From: the human T2T-CHM13v2.0 reference genome, Homo sapiens
Assembly (NCBI RefSeq): GCF_009914755.1
Contig: NC_060929.1
DNA: 64,000 nucleotides
Strand: one strand, 5' to 3'
Part shown: positions 1-35,996 of the stretch, piece after piece
Numbering within the stretch: position 1 is the first letter of the stretch
How the letters are laid out: the number at the start of each line of letters is the position of its first letter
Translations under genes and position numbers: made by a program
Notes under the pieces: model-generated
Database searches by the model: none
The model's input: the letters and a program-made list of their open reading frames with translations, nothing else
Told to the model about the DNA's origin: nothing

Positions 1-185
1 TACACATACGGTAAAAGTTTCTAGACAATAAACAATGTAGAAAGTTACTGCTACTAGTTTGAATCTTATTGGTAGTATCTACTACAAACGAGTAAGGTGA
101 TAACTTTTAAAGCTCTCAGTAGGTATGTAAATATGAGAACTGGTCACAGAAAATACTAAAGAGTAAAAACAATTAATTAATTTAA

Positions 186-837
<652 letters not shown>

Positions 838-1526
838 TTATTCTATTTTTATTTAGTTTATAACTCTTATATTTGCAAACATTTTATTCATTACACAACA
901 AATCATTTAACAGCTATGAATACAATCCCACTTAATAGAAATATAAATATTCAATGATGTAACTTGCACAAAACATTTAGATATATATAGTGTATGTATA
1001 TGTATCCAACTGGTTATAACCAGTTTGTTCTAACAAAAGGATTTCAAAATTTAACTTTTTGTACGTATAAAGATAAAAAGGTATGGTAATAAAATCTTAA
1101 AAGAGTATTTTCTAAAAATTAGCAGGCTAACAACATTTTAGAGAAAATTTCAAAGCTACAAACTTTTAAAATCTTTACCTTTTAATGGTTAAAAATCATC
1201 CATTATAATTTCCCTAAAAATATATACATTTATCTAAGCTATTGGCATGCTTTTGTAAAGATCAAGAATATTAAAAATATTAACCTTTTCACTCATATTT
1301 GCAGCTTGTAGCTACTTTTGCTGTAGGTAACTTTGGAGTGAATTTCATCGTCTAGTCAGCAGGGTGATGTAAGAAAAGCGTTGTCACCAACACTTCAGGA
1401 CACCTGCGTTACTATACCTCTCAGGTCGTGAAAGAAGGGAGATTAATTACAAGGGTAATTACCTTAACCCCAGCCTGGCTTTCACTGAAGTAAAGGTCTT
1501 GGTGACATGTCCTTTCCATGTCATAA

Positions 1527-1946
<420 letters not shown>

Positions 1947-2035
1947 TAAAGAAGCAAATAATTTGTTTTGCACCCAAATGGTAGTTTATATCTCTGTTGA
2001 ATATTATCTAGGTTTGTATTCAACCCAGTAATCTT

Positions 2036-3365
2036 TTTTCTTTTTCTTTTTCTTTTTGCAGACACAAATACATTCCTTTATTAGGGTAGCCCTTGCACTT
2101 ATAAAGAAACCTTCCTCAAAAAGGAAGTGTACAAAATGATGACGCTACAATAGTTTATTTCAACATACTAAACCAAAAAAATAAGAAAACAACTAATTTA
2201 TTTGGAAAAAAAAAATTCTGTACATGCAAGGTTGGCTTGATTGACCATAATGTATTTCAGCAAAAAAAAATTAGATACACCACACATAATAAAGCTTTCT
2301 ATGTACACAGTAAATAGTAAATAACTTTGCTAAGTGACCAGACATTTGAAAAAATGAAAACACAGTTGTAAAACAAAGTACATAAGAATATTGTGACCTT
2401 ATTTAACTGTACAAAAAGCAATCATTCTCTCCAGCCTTCCATTTTCACTTACATTTTCTTTAACAGGATTAAGCCCCAAATTGAAGGGATTAAATCCTTT
2501 CTTCCTAATGCCTTGGGAATATCAGATTCTCTTTCAAATCTTTAACTGTTTACAAAGGAGCAGAGCACTTAAAGGGAAATGGTGGGAAAGAAAGAGATTT
2601 CAATTCTGTGCCACTCATCTAGATTCTGCTGGGGAAGATTTCCCAAGTCCACTATCAATTCAGTCAACTTGGTTTAAAAACATAATACCTGATTGTAGGA
2701 CTAATTTGGCTTTTATTTAGCCCATCTGCAGCTTTATCATTAAAAATCAGCTCCTGACATTAGCCCTTAGCTCAATATCTACAAATGAAATTTGGGAATT
2801 CTACGACAGTGATGTTAGCATATTTAAATGTAAAATGCACAATGATTAATTTTTAAATATGCAAACTGCTACATTTTCTCAATAATCAATTCATGCACAA
2901 ATAAAAAATGGCAATAGGAAAAGCAGAAAAATATGGATGTTTCTAAATGAGACAATGAGACAATTATAAAAATTTCATATATTAATACCAAGACAAGACT
3001 GGGGCCAGCTTACATTGTAAGAAAAACTATTATTGTATATAATTGGGCAGCAAAACCCAGTCCTGTCTAAAAGCAATGGATCAAACTGTCTTCTCAAGTC
3101 CTTCCTGGCCATATTTCTATGTGCTCCAATGAAACATTTTTAATAAATGCAATCTATCATAGAACTACAAGTTTTTATATTCCTAAATAATGAACTTAAC
3201 TTTATTATAGCAATGATTTAAATACATGTGCTGTAAAAAAAAAGTTGTAAACACACTCTTAATTTTTTTCTTTACCTGCAAGATATTTTTAAAAGATTAC
3301 ACAACTTCTTGATTCTTTAAGAACTAAGAACCAAAGTATTGAACATAATAAATAAATGTGCAACC
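2036..3365 (-). pseudogene. 5'-truncated processed (retro)copy consisting of mRNA 3'UTR-like sequence, parent gene not identified
   Basis: Poly(A)-derived tail (T-rich 2034-2057); AATAAA on the minus strand at 2082-2077, 19 nt before the tail; TSD ttcaacc(c/t)agtaatctt at 2019-2035 and 3366-3382; TT/AAGA L1 endonuclease site. Confidence 0.85.
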
Positions 3366-3637
3366 TTCAACCTAGTAATCTTAATGTTGCCAAGAATTAC
3401 CCAGCTTCTCAAATGCTCTTGGAGTCAGTTTTCATTTTATTGTTTTCCTCATTAATTAATGAGTTGAATAAAGTCCTTGTCCTGTGTTTATGAGAGTCAT
3501 GTCTTGTGACCTTTTGGAAATTACATGTGATCATTTTTGAAGGTCATGTACTGAGATGTTTGAGAAGATTAGCCTGGCAGAGCCCAAGAAACTGATTTGC
3601 CTGCTCATCTTTTCTTGACCTCTGAAGTGAATCCTGG

Positions 3638-3839
3638 GTGGTGACAGAACTTGAACTTTCCGACTCTCTAGTTCTTTTGCCCTTTCTACTGATTTTATGT
3701 ATTAATATTTGTTTTTGTTTCTGGTTTGTACATCTTCAGTGGTGACAGAACTTGAACTTTCCGATTCTCTAGTTCTTTTGCCCTTTCTACTGATTTTATG
3801 TATTAATATTTGTTTTTGTTTCTGGTTTGTACACCTTCA
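3638..3839. repeat. 101-bp direct tandem duplication (2 copies, 2 mismatches)
   Basis: gtggtgacagaacttgaactttccga... starts at 3638 and again at 3739. Confidence 0.95.
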
Positions 3840-4044
3840 GTAACTTACTCCCTACTGGTAGCAACAAAACAATGATTGGGGACTTGCTTTTATGGTCTAT
3901 TTGGTTATCTCAGTTGGATGAATAAGGGAGACCTGTTCTTTGTTGGGTGAGATTTGACAGAGAATTCGATTTATTAGTCTTGTTTCTGTTTTGTTATTTT
4001 AATGTTTGTTTATAAACAACCTTAAAGCAATCGAGAATTACATG

Positions 4045-4262
4045 CTATATTAGTCAGGCTTCTCCAGAGAGATAGAACCAGTGGGATATGTGGAAGGGCA
4101 TTTATTAGGAGGAAATGGCTCACACAATCACAGAGGTGGAGAAGTCCCACCACATGCCGACTGTAAGCTGGAGAACCAGAGAAGCTGGCAGCGTGGCTCA
4201 GTCCAAGTCTGAAGCCTCAGAACCAGGGAAGCCGACGGCGCAGCCCCCAGCCAGGCCTGAGA
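4045..4262. mobile_element. MLT2-family LTR fragment (ERVL)
   Basis: tattagtcaggcttctccagagagatagaacca...gctggagaaccagagaagctg...cagtccaagtctgaagcctcagaaccaggg. Confidence 0.75.
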
Positions 4263-4596
4263 ATTCTGAGATCGTTGATTGTCAATCTTGAGTCACACTG
4301 GGGGTGAAATGGTTATGCTAGTAAATTCTGGCAGAGATTGTTTTGTTGCTCTTCAGTGGGGAAAGCAGTTGCAAGCAATACTCAGAGTGATGTGCCCAAA
4401 TGGATCACTGGATGTTGTTACTGCATAATCTGAACAGGAACCAACACTTCATGGATAAGTACCATTAGCAAGAGAAGGAACCAAATGGAAGGGTAAATGG
4501 TTTTAGGTTAACCCACCAAGAGTGCTAGAAAATCAATTTAAAGTATATGTCTTACAGACAGTGGGTGAGACATTAGTACTACTTTCACATACTATT

Positions 4597-4889
4597 TACT
4601 TATTTATTTAGAGTCTCACTCTGTCACCCAGGCTGGAGTGCAGTGGTGCAATCTTGGCTCACTGCAATCTGTCTCCTGGGTTCAAGCAATTCTCCTGCCT
4701 CAACCTCCTGAGTAGCTGGGATTACAGGCATGTGCCACCACACGCAGCTAATTTTTTTTTTTTTTTTTTTTTAGTAGAGGTGGGGTAATGCCATGTTGGC
4801 CAGGCTGGTCTCGAACACCTGACCTCAAGTGATCCTGCCTCAGCCTCCCACAGTGTTAGGATTACAGGTGTGAGCCACTGCTCCCAGCC
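4597..4889 (-). mobile_element. AluS with TSD tcacatactattt
   Basis: Alu consensus flanked by a direct repeat. Confidence 0.9.
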
Positions 4890-5540
4890 TCACATACTAT
4901 TTAAATTGCATTTGATGTAAACATCTATTGTTTGTCTTTCCCCCCTGCTTTTCCTTTAGGCAGCCTTTGCCTGACACATTCTCTGTGGTCTGGGGGCAAT
5001 GCTGGATATTGTTAATCAGCCATCCCTTCACCACGCTTAACAGGGTTCTGCCTCCTGGGAATGTAAATCTGAGCAGAATGACAAAAAAGGGGTTTAAAGC
5101 TAAATATCATATTAACAGCATCTGAAATGCCTGGCCATGGTTTCCTGACTGAGATCCTTAGCTGCCTTTCATTCCTTGGGACTGCATGCTTCTTCAGCTT
5201 TCCCTTCCATTCTGTTTATATTAGCTAGACCAAGTTTATGTGGCTTACAACCAAGTACCATAACTGACAAAACATCCTATTTTCCAGGTGAAGTGATGTA
5301 AGTCAAGTCCTACACTCAGTGGTCCAATCAACATCTAACCCATGGCTCTTTCTTCATGGCTTCTGTGAAACATGGATTCATGTGCTCCCTTTGTGCCATT
5401 ACAGAATATCTCACTTATATTGAAGAATTGACTTCTCTTCACAGAGGTCTTTTCCTACTGAAAAACTTCCTTAAAAGAGAAAAATATTCTAAATATACTT
5501 CTAGAAATGACAATGTCTTTGTTGATTGACTTAGATTCAG

Positions 5541-5687
5541 TTTATTTTAATTACATATATTGTTTGATCTAATGAAGTGTTACGGCAGGACAGAAGGGTG
5601 AAATTAAAAATCTGAAAGAAATCTTTAATAATCTTATATACTTAAAAAAGTAGTATGCAAACTGACAGAAGAAGTATTTTATTTATT
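5541..5687 (-). terminator. ANKRA2: ANKRA2 candidate polyadenylation signals (AATAAA at 5546-5541, 5683-5678, 5687-5682)
   Basis: TTTATT on the + strand 440-580 nt past the stop, in an AU-rich 3'UTR; the site actually used cannot be determined from sequence. Confidence 0.6.
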
Positions 5688-6124
5688 TATAATATCATTT
5701 TGTAAACAATCACACTGTGCACTTTTTAATTCAACAATAAGAACAATTTTTTTCTAGGGATTTATAGCAAACCCTATATAAAGTGAATGACTTAATACAC
5801 GAGTGAAGATGACTAGGGTAGAATAATTTCTGAAAATGTCAAATTACAGCACTTGATACAAAGACTGATGATAACTATCTGTACCATAAAAATTTACATG
5901 CCACGAAAACATTAATTTATAATTTTAAATATACAGTAAAACATAGTTATAAAAAGAGTATTACATTTATTATAAACCAGTGAATTACTCAGAGAAATAT
6001 TTATTAAAACCTACTAAAAACCAGTAAATATTGCAACTGAGGTAAAAATTTATAAGTAAACAAAACTATCATTTATAAGGACCAAGAAGTAAACAAAAGG
6101 GCAGACATTTTCTGATGACTGTGT

Positions 6125-16197
<10,073 letters not shown>

Positions 16198-16424
16198 GAT
16201 TTCAACTGTAGTTTCAATAACTAAAACATTTCTTCATGATTTCCTCTTGGTTTTGTAAGAGCAGTATCCAGTGTGTTCTTGGAATCTGGATATTTAAAAA
16301 TCTGAAAGAAAAAATTAGAAAATTAAAAGTATTCTATCAGCTTAGGTAAAAACACACAAAATAATCATTTTCAATCAAGTATTGTAACAATGCTCTTGAA
16401 AGCACCTATACATAATAGAAAGAA

Positions 16425-16590
16425 TATAATGTTCAGAGGTAGAGAAACCTGGGTATGAATCCAAACTTTGCCATTAATTAGCTGTGTGACCTGTAGAAGT
16501 TACTCAATCCCTCTGAGCTTCCGTGTCATTTATAAAATAGGGATATCACCATTAACCTTATAGGGTTCTGGTAAAGACCAAATGAAATAC
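16425..16590 (+). mobile_element. MIR
   Basis: acctgggtatgaatcc...ttagctgtgtgacctg...ctctgagcttcc...tataaaatagggata core; similar MIRs at ~9190-9330, 12170-12290, 25190-25300, 38060-38240, 44150-44280, 46990-47100. Confidence 0.7.
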
Positions 16591-18443
16591 TGTACAGTGA
16601 TATTCTCACCTCCATCATTAAATTCCAATACATTTTAGTTACTGTTTCTCCCATTTCCTATATCTGAATATCACCAAATGGATAAAAGATCAGGCTAACA
16701 ATGAAAATAAACTTTAATCTCTTACCTAAGGTTAGTTCTTTAATATGCTATGTTTATATAGGTGGCCCTTAGTTTGAATTTAAGAAATGATAATTCATGT
16801 TGTATCCAAGTTTATTGGCATTGTCATCTATAACACCTGTGATTCCTAGACCATGAAAGGCTTTACAAAGCTTTGGTTTTGATGAACTGAAGGTACATTT
16901 ATGAATTTTTGTTCAGATTAAGCATTAGCAACTTAATGTAGGTTTTCATGAAAAATAAAGTAGGTAGATTATGGATTGGCTTTCCAAGATGTATAGTTGT
17001 CTTAGATACATTATCATTTGGGACAGAAAGGAAATTAATAACATCCAGTTAATTTTTTCATGTTAGGGTTAATTGCCTCAGGAATTTTGAGAGGGTGCAG
17101 GGTGTTTCAAAATTGGAATTGGAATTAAAAGAAAAATGCATTAGGATCGCAGTGGAGCAAGGGTCGCGAAACCATACATTTACAGATAACCACCTTCTAC
17201 AATTTTAAAAACATTTTCAAAGATTAGTCTTTATAACAATCCTTTGAGTAGGCAGGTCAGGTAATCATATGTCCACCTAGGAGGGGAAAAAAAGGAAGCT
17301 CATGAATTATGAGGGCTTACTCAGCTCTTCTGACTCCATCACTCTGACCATTAAAATGAGGCAGCCCTAAACAAAGCCAAAATCTCCACGAGAGAGTTGA
17401 ATAAATAACACATAGTATAGTAAGGAAAAAAAAAAAGCAGGAAGTAAGAAGGTTAATACATTTGGGCAAAAAGAAGGAAACCAGAAAAGAAAATTAGTTC
17501 AGTGATTCAAAGGGAGATGGATGTGCAATGCATTAGTCCATGCGTCTTAAAAGGGACTGGACAATGTGAACTGTGTTTCCTGAGGGAAGAACCATCTCCC
17601 CCTTTCTCCTATCCAGCGGTTGGCTAAGTGCAACTCCCCTAAGCTCTCTGAGCACCCTGCATGTATCTGTATTTTAGCATTCACCATCCTTTTGACAATT
17701 TCCATTTAAATAACAGCTAAATTGAAAACTCCCCTAGGATGGGGACCACTCTTACTAATTTTTGCACACAGAACAGTACTTGGTCCTACCAGGTGCTCCA
17801 TAAATGTTTTCTGATCTTAACTTTAACAATTTTTTCCATACTCTTTTCTATTTCTAACATTTGCTGATTAGACCTGGCTTTCCACTCCCAACATCGCTAC
17901 TAACTAGCTGGCCACTCCTGGACAAATAAATAATACAAGTTTTCTGAAATTCATCTATTATAAAAAGGTGTTGAAATAGGCCTTTCTAATATTCTTTCCA
18001 GCTCTAAACAGCTTCCATGTTACAAATCAGGGTTTATAGATGGAATTACAGGTCTTCGAGAGGAGAATAGCAAATGTGCTTAGGCGAAGGGGGTGGGTGG
18101 AAAATGAACGCTTATCTTGGCACAGCAGTTTAACGAGAGGAGAAGCAAAGTTGATTGGTAGGCCAAAATTTTGAAGAACAGGAGAGGGAGGCGGGGGTGA
18201 GGGGAGTGGGGTAAACAGGACTTAGAAGAGGTGGTGGTGAAAAAAGGGGGTAAGGCAATCGATAGCTAGGTTCACCTCGATCTGTCAGAGCCCAGGGATG
18301 AAGGGATAGAGAGTCTACGGAGATAAAGTGGGCAGCTATGCTAGTTCCTGTGGATGCTAATAACAGGAGCCCCTCGTTTCTTCCTGATCCTGGAATTATT
18401 CTACAAGGAGAGGAAGGTGCTATGAAAATAAATGATGCCTCAC

Positions 18444-18950
18444 AGGCGACAGGTGTCCCAGCGTCCCGAGACAGGAGCCCGCTGTCTCCCGCTGGAGGGG
18501 AGACTCTTGCAGGAAAGAAAGTCCGTTCTGTCGCCACCGGCCAGCTGTGCCCGAAAAGTCCCAGGAAGAAACTCTCGCTCATCCGCGGCGAGCGGATCCC
18601 GGGCACAGGGGCTGGAGGCCGACCCGGTGAGAGTGCAAGGTCTCGCGACCACCGACGACAGCAGACAGCGAGTCGGGCCTTCCCATCTGAGGCCAGCTTC
18701 AGTACAGGCCTCCAAGCCCGGGCTTGTTTTGGCCGCGACGTCACTTCCGATTTCTTCTTTCGCCTTCTGGCTAAAAAACGTTCCGCAGCAATGCAGCTGA
18801 AACTTTCGGGTTTTCTTTTTTTTGTCCCTCTCTCCTTTTTTTTAATATTTTTGTTTTTGCCGCCTTTACGCTCCGAGGCCCATCCTGCCGGAGTACTACA
18901 CAGACAGGGTCATTTCAGTTGACGGTTCTGGGTCACCAGAGCAGAGGAAG
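18444..18950 (-). other. ANKRA2: ANKRA2 non-coding exon 1 (5' end approximate)
   Basis: Minus-strand donor gcct|GTGAGG at 18443 at the edge of the CpG island; exon 2 has an acceptor, so an upstream exon is required; TSS position inferred. Confidence 0.6.
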
Positions 18951-19049
18951 CCCCAATTTCGCCCTCCGGTCACACCTCCTACTCCAGATCGCCCCGCCCA
19001 CCTGACCCGCCTCTGCGCCGCCGGGCTGCGTGAGTCTCATGAGCGTGCT

Positions 19050-19224
19050 CTGGTACGTCATCTTCGCGCGACGTTCGGTTCGCTGTGTGTGTCGCCGGCT
19101 CCTTGAGGGTCCATGTGATTTTTACGCCAGTGCTGCTGAACTGTGCAGGGTAGGGAGCTGGCACAGTCCGATTAATTGTCCTTGGGTCGAGGTGTCTCGT
19201 CGGACCCTTTGGGGCTCAGTGGAG
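19050..19224 (+). other. UTP15: UTP15 non-coding exon 1 (5' end approximate)
   Basis: Donor GAG|GTAGGT at 19224/19225 at the end of the CpG island; next acceptor tttttcag| at 20573. Confidence 0.65.
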
Positions 19225-20656
19225 GTAGGTGAAGGCGGCTCCCATTGAGGGAAGCCCACACTCACACCCGGCCTTCCTGTGTTAATCTGGCATGCTCTTC
19301 TGGGGCTTCCCAGGCTATATAGGAGAGTGGCCAAATTCTTTAACCGGCTCAAGTTCCCCTCAATTAAGCTTCGACCTAGGTTCTTCTCTGCGATTACACC
19401 CTTTCCTGTCCACCGTTGTTAGTTCCCGGAGTAATCAGCAACTCTCCAAGGCAGTGGACACATTTCCATCTTTGCCTTTGCTTACGAGGCTCCCTCAGGT
19501 GAAGTGAACCTAATGGAGTTTTAAAATATTTGGGAGATAAAATCAGCAGATCTTGTTAACTATTTGGATGTTAGGAGTGAGGAAGAAAAGGACACGTCAA
19601 GGCTGAGTCTAGGTTAATATCTGGTGCCAGTCACCAGCCAAAATGGAGTATATTGGAGTAAGCAAAGGCACAGACCGTGTCTTTATTTCATTCACCATTA
19701 TAGCCCCAGTGCCTAGAGCAGTGTCCTGCACATTGGTAGGTACTTTAATGAACAGAAGAGTGTTCCCAAAGACCAATGAAATACAATCATTGGTCATTGT
19801 CTTTCATTAAAGCACCTTTTAAATATATGTTACACCTATTTATCGTGGTGTTACTAATGTAAAGTTTTCAGGCTTTTTGGAATAGATGATGAGCAGCACC
19901 TCTGGAATCATTTACCTGATAACATTGAATCTCTTTTGCAATTGAGTCGTTCTGGAAAAATGTTTTGGCTTGATTGCATGTTATTTAAAAGTTTTATCCT
20001 ATTCTGCCACTTTAGTGTTGAATTTAATTTCAGGACTGCTTTATTACAGTTTTCTTTCCTACTGTTTAAACCTTTTAAAGTAAATTTAATTTTAAGCTTC
20101 TACATTAGAATATTAGCTTTGTGTTTCTTACTTCTTGGCATTTTTAGGCTTTCAGGAAATCAAATCCGTAACTATAATTGTTATAGATTAAATGTCATCT
20201 TAAACTTGGTTTCAGGAAACTTGTATTTGCAGTTTCACCTTAATATTTCCTGTTGCCAAAAAATGGACACTCAAAGCCAGCATGATCCTTTTTGGTTTGG
20301 CTACTGTAAGGCTGTGCTAGATTTATTCCTAAGTGTTGTAAAATGGTTGGCTAGGTGTGAGAACCTTTGTGTACAGCTGAATAGATGGTGCGATATGATA
20401 GCCTTCACTTTAATTATTCCTGCTTCCTATAGATTGCCTTTTCTGGGTTAGAATTAAATGGCTTATTGGTCTCTAATCTATATACTTCCACACAGACTTT
20501 TTAAAGAAAGCAGAGTGAAAATCAACTATGTGTACAAGCTTATAATATGTATATAAAATATTTTATTTTTCAGAATTAAGGCAGAGTCACTGTAATTATT
20601 TCTAATACCAATTCCAAAATAGTGACTCTTGGACAATAGTGCAATTATATGGAATT

Positions 20657-33408
<12,752 letters not shown>

Positions 33409-34367
33409 TGTCTGCTAAATAAGACATATAAGAACTCTGAAGTTGGAATAGATTTGACTGTATTAAATGTTGGCGAGAGACTCTCTTTGATACATTAAAA
33501 AAACTGTTTGCAGAAGCAGTTCTGTGGAAGAGACTGGAATAATTATGGCCGGAAAACAAGTACCCGTTTTAAGTAAGACATGGTTTTCCATGTAATATTT
33601 TGAATTATAGCATCTTCACCTAGAAGATCTCAATTGTCTTAGTCACAGAGTAGGTTTATCTGGGATGGATATTAATTTTAATACAGGAGTGTTCTGTATC
33701 AACATTTGGGTTGGTATTCAGATGGGAATTCAAATATGAATCCTCTCTGGAGAGGGTCCAACTGGGAATCCTGCTAAAGGAGCAAAGCCTTGTATTACCT
33801 CTGGAAGACAACAAAAACAATTGGCAACAACAAAAAGCCTCTTTCTTGACTTTAATCAGTGCCTTTGGGATTTCTAGGCCCTTGCTTAGCTTGCTTCCTG
33901 TCTCCTTGATATCTACACTTGTCTTAGATCACATGCCCTGCTTCAGCTGGTAATGGGACTGCATCGGTTCCAAGTGTGGCAAGTAAGTTTTCGGCTCTGA
34001 AGAACTGACACTAGCTAGATTTGTATTCAGAGTGTGAGAGCAAGCTCTACAGATAGACCTTATTGGACTACTTTTTTTTTTTTCTTCATGCAGCCTTTCT
34101 ACCAAGTTTTCACCTTGTTTCAGGTCAGAGGAATGATAGAATTTGTCATTTTTCTTACAACAGCCTTTCATACTATTCTTCATATGTTTCAAGCTAATCT
34201 TGTAGCTAAGCTACCTAATCCTCTGAAAACTGTTTTCTCTGATTTGTATTTAGATTCCTCCCCCCATTATTCACAATCATATTGTATTTCGGAACCCCAA
34301 TGCAGAGCAGTTTGCTTTGAAAAATAGTTGTTTTTAAAAGTTTAATGTAAATAATTATTTTTTAGAA

Positions 34368-35680
34368 GTTTTTTTTTTTTTTTTAAAGACAGGGTCTCGC
34401 TTTATCGCCCAGGCTGGAGTACAGTGATGCAATCTCAGTCCACTGCAACCTCTGCCCTCCCGGGTTTAAGCAGTTCTCCTGCCTCAGCCTCCTGAGTAGC
34501 TGGGATTACAGGTGTGCCCCACCACGCCTGGCTAATTTTTGTAGTTTTAGTAGAGATGGGGTTTCACCTTACCGGGCTGGTCTAAAACTCCTGACCTCAA
34601 GTGATCTACCTGCCTCTGCCTCCCGAAGTGCTTGGATTACAGGTGTGAGCCACTGTGTCCAGCCTGTAACTATTATTTTTTTATAAAGAGAGATTCTTAT
34701 TTTCTTGGCTTTTTGATGTATCTGTTCCTGATAGATAATCATTGGCTAGTAACTCCTAGTACACTGGTTTCACAGTTGCTACCTCTCCTGCTTTTCTCTA
34801 ATTATTACGCCAACTCAAGTAGTTAAAAATCAGTAAGAAAAATGTCTTGAGCTAGAAGAACCCATAGAGGAAGATTTTGTAATGCGAATCTCCTCTCATA
34901 ATTTTAGTTCTGTAAATTCAGGGTTTTTTTTTGTTTTTTTGTTTTTTTTAAGCCGAAAAAATGCTTAATATGTTCCAGTAAGGGTATTAAGTAAAAATTA
35001 AATAAACGTATTAAGTTTAACATATTAAATTAATTTAACATTTAGACTAACATTAACATTTAAATTAATAAGTGAATATACTTAATATATTCTAGTACAG
35101 GTATGCTTGGAAATAGGGCGTTTCCTTTTCATGAATTGATTTCGTACAGCACAGTGGCTTATAAGGAACCAGCAGTGTTTTTCCCTGAGTAATTATGAAC
35201 TTAGTCAAGATCAGAAGCTGGGTTTTGGGGTTGAGAAGAGTTCATTTATTTAAATAAAGTTTCTATTTAAAAACCTTTTTAAAAAGTTAACATCATAAAT
35301 ATTCTGATAATTTGCATAGTAGTAAAAATTAGAAGTTGAAATTCTACCTAAAGCTGTAGTTGCCGTCAATTGTGTAACATGTGACAAAGGTTTTCCCATA
35401 TGTCATTTCATTTGATTCTCACCACAACCATCCAAGGTTGATGTTATTCTCATTTAACATTGAGTTAACGAAAGTAGTTGATTCACTCTCGAAGTCCCTG
35501 AGTGTGAGCTCTTCATCCTAGCACTGTGAAGTGGTTTGCCTGCTGGGGCCTAAACTCCTCATTCCCTTTAACAAAGCTTCACTGAGTGCTGCAGTTCTCA
35601 AAATATGTAACAGTTAACACATTTTTCAAACAGGTTAGGAAGCAATTCCCATAGCCATCAATACTTAAATTCAGGAGTAC

Positions 35681-35712
<32 letters not shown>

Positions 35713-35996
35713 AGACAAGGTCTCTTTCTGTTGTCCAGGCTGGAGTGTAGTGGTGTGATCATAGCTCACTGCAGCTTCTGTCTCCTAGGCTGAAGCTATC
35801 CTCCCACCTCAGCCTCCTGAGAAGCTGGGGCTACAGGGATGAGCCACCATGCCCAGCTAATTTTTTATTTTGATTTTTTGAGATAAGAGGTCTCACCATG
35901 TTGCCCAGGCCTGAGGCAATCTCCTGGTTTCAAGCAATCTTCCCACCTCAGCCTCCTTAATGACTGGGATTAAAGGCATGAGCCACTGCGCCCAGC
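34368..35996 (-). mobile_element. Two antisense Alus downstream of the UTP15 stop (34368-34664; 35680-35996)
   Basis: Alu consensus, both on the minus strand. Confidence 0.88.

Larger units (their letters stand above)
18440..19280. promoter_or_regulatory. CpG island / bidirectional promoter of ANKRA2 and UTP15
   Basis: Only CpG-dense segment of the window. GC box GCCCCGCCC 18991-18999, ETS-CRE composite 18737-18749, TACGTCA 19054-19060, E2F-like TTCGCGCG 19063-19070, TCTCGCGA 18641-18648. Confidence 0.9.

Noticed and set aside
18130-19507. Long overlapping ORFs (204, 194 and 122 aa, etc.) across the CpG island
   Set aside because: Expected from stop-poor GC-rich promoter DNA; several use non-ATG starts; low-complexity R/P/G/S content and no recognisable domain
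19936-20451. 171-aa plus-strand ORF in UTP15 intron 1
   Set aside because: TTG start, F/L-rich composition typical of T-rich intron, no domain or splice support
34985-35090. AT-rich stretch with recurring taacat
   Set aside because: Low-complexity sequence without a regular period or stable structure
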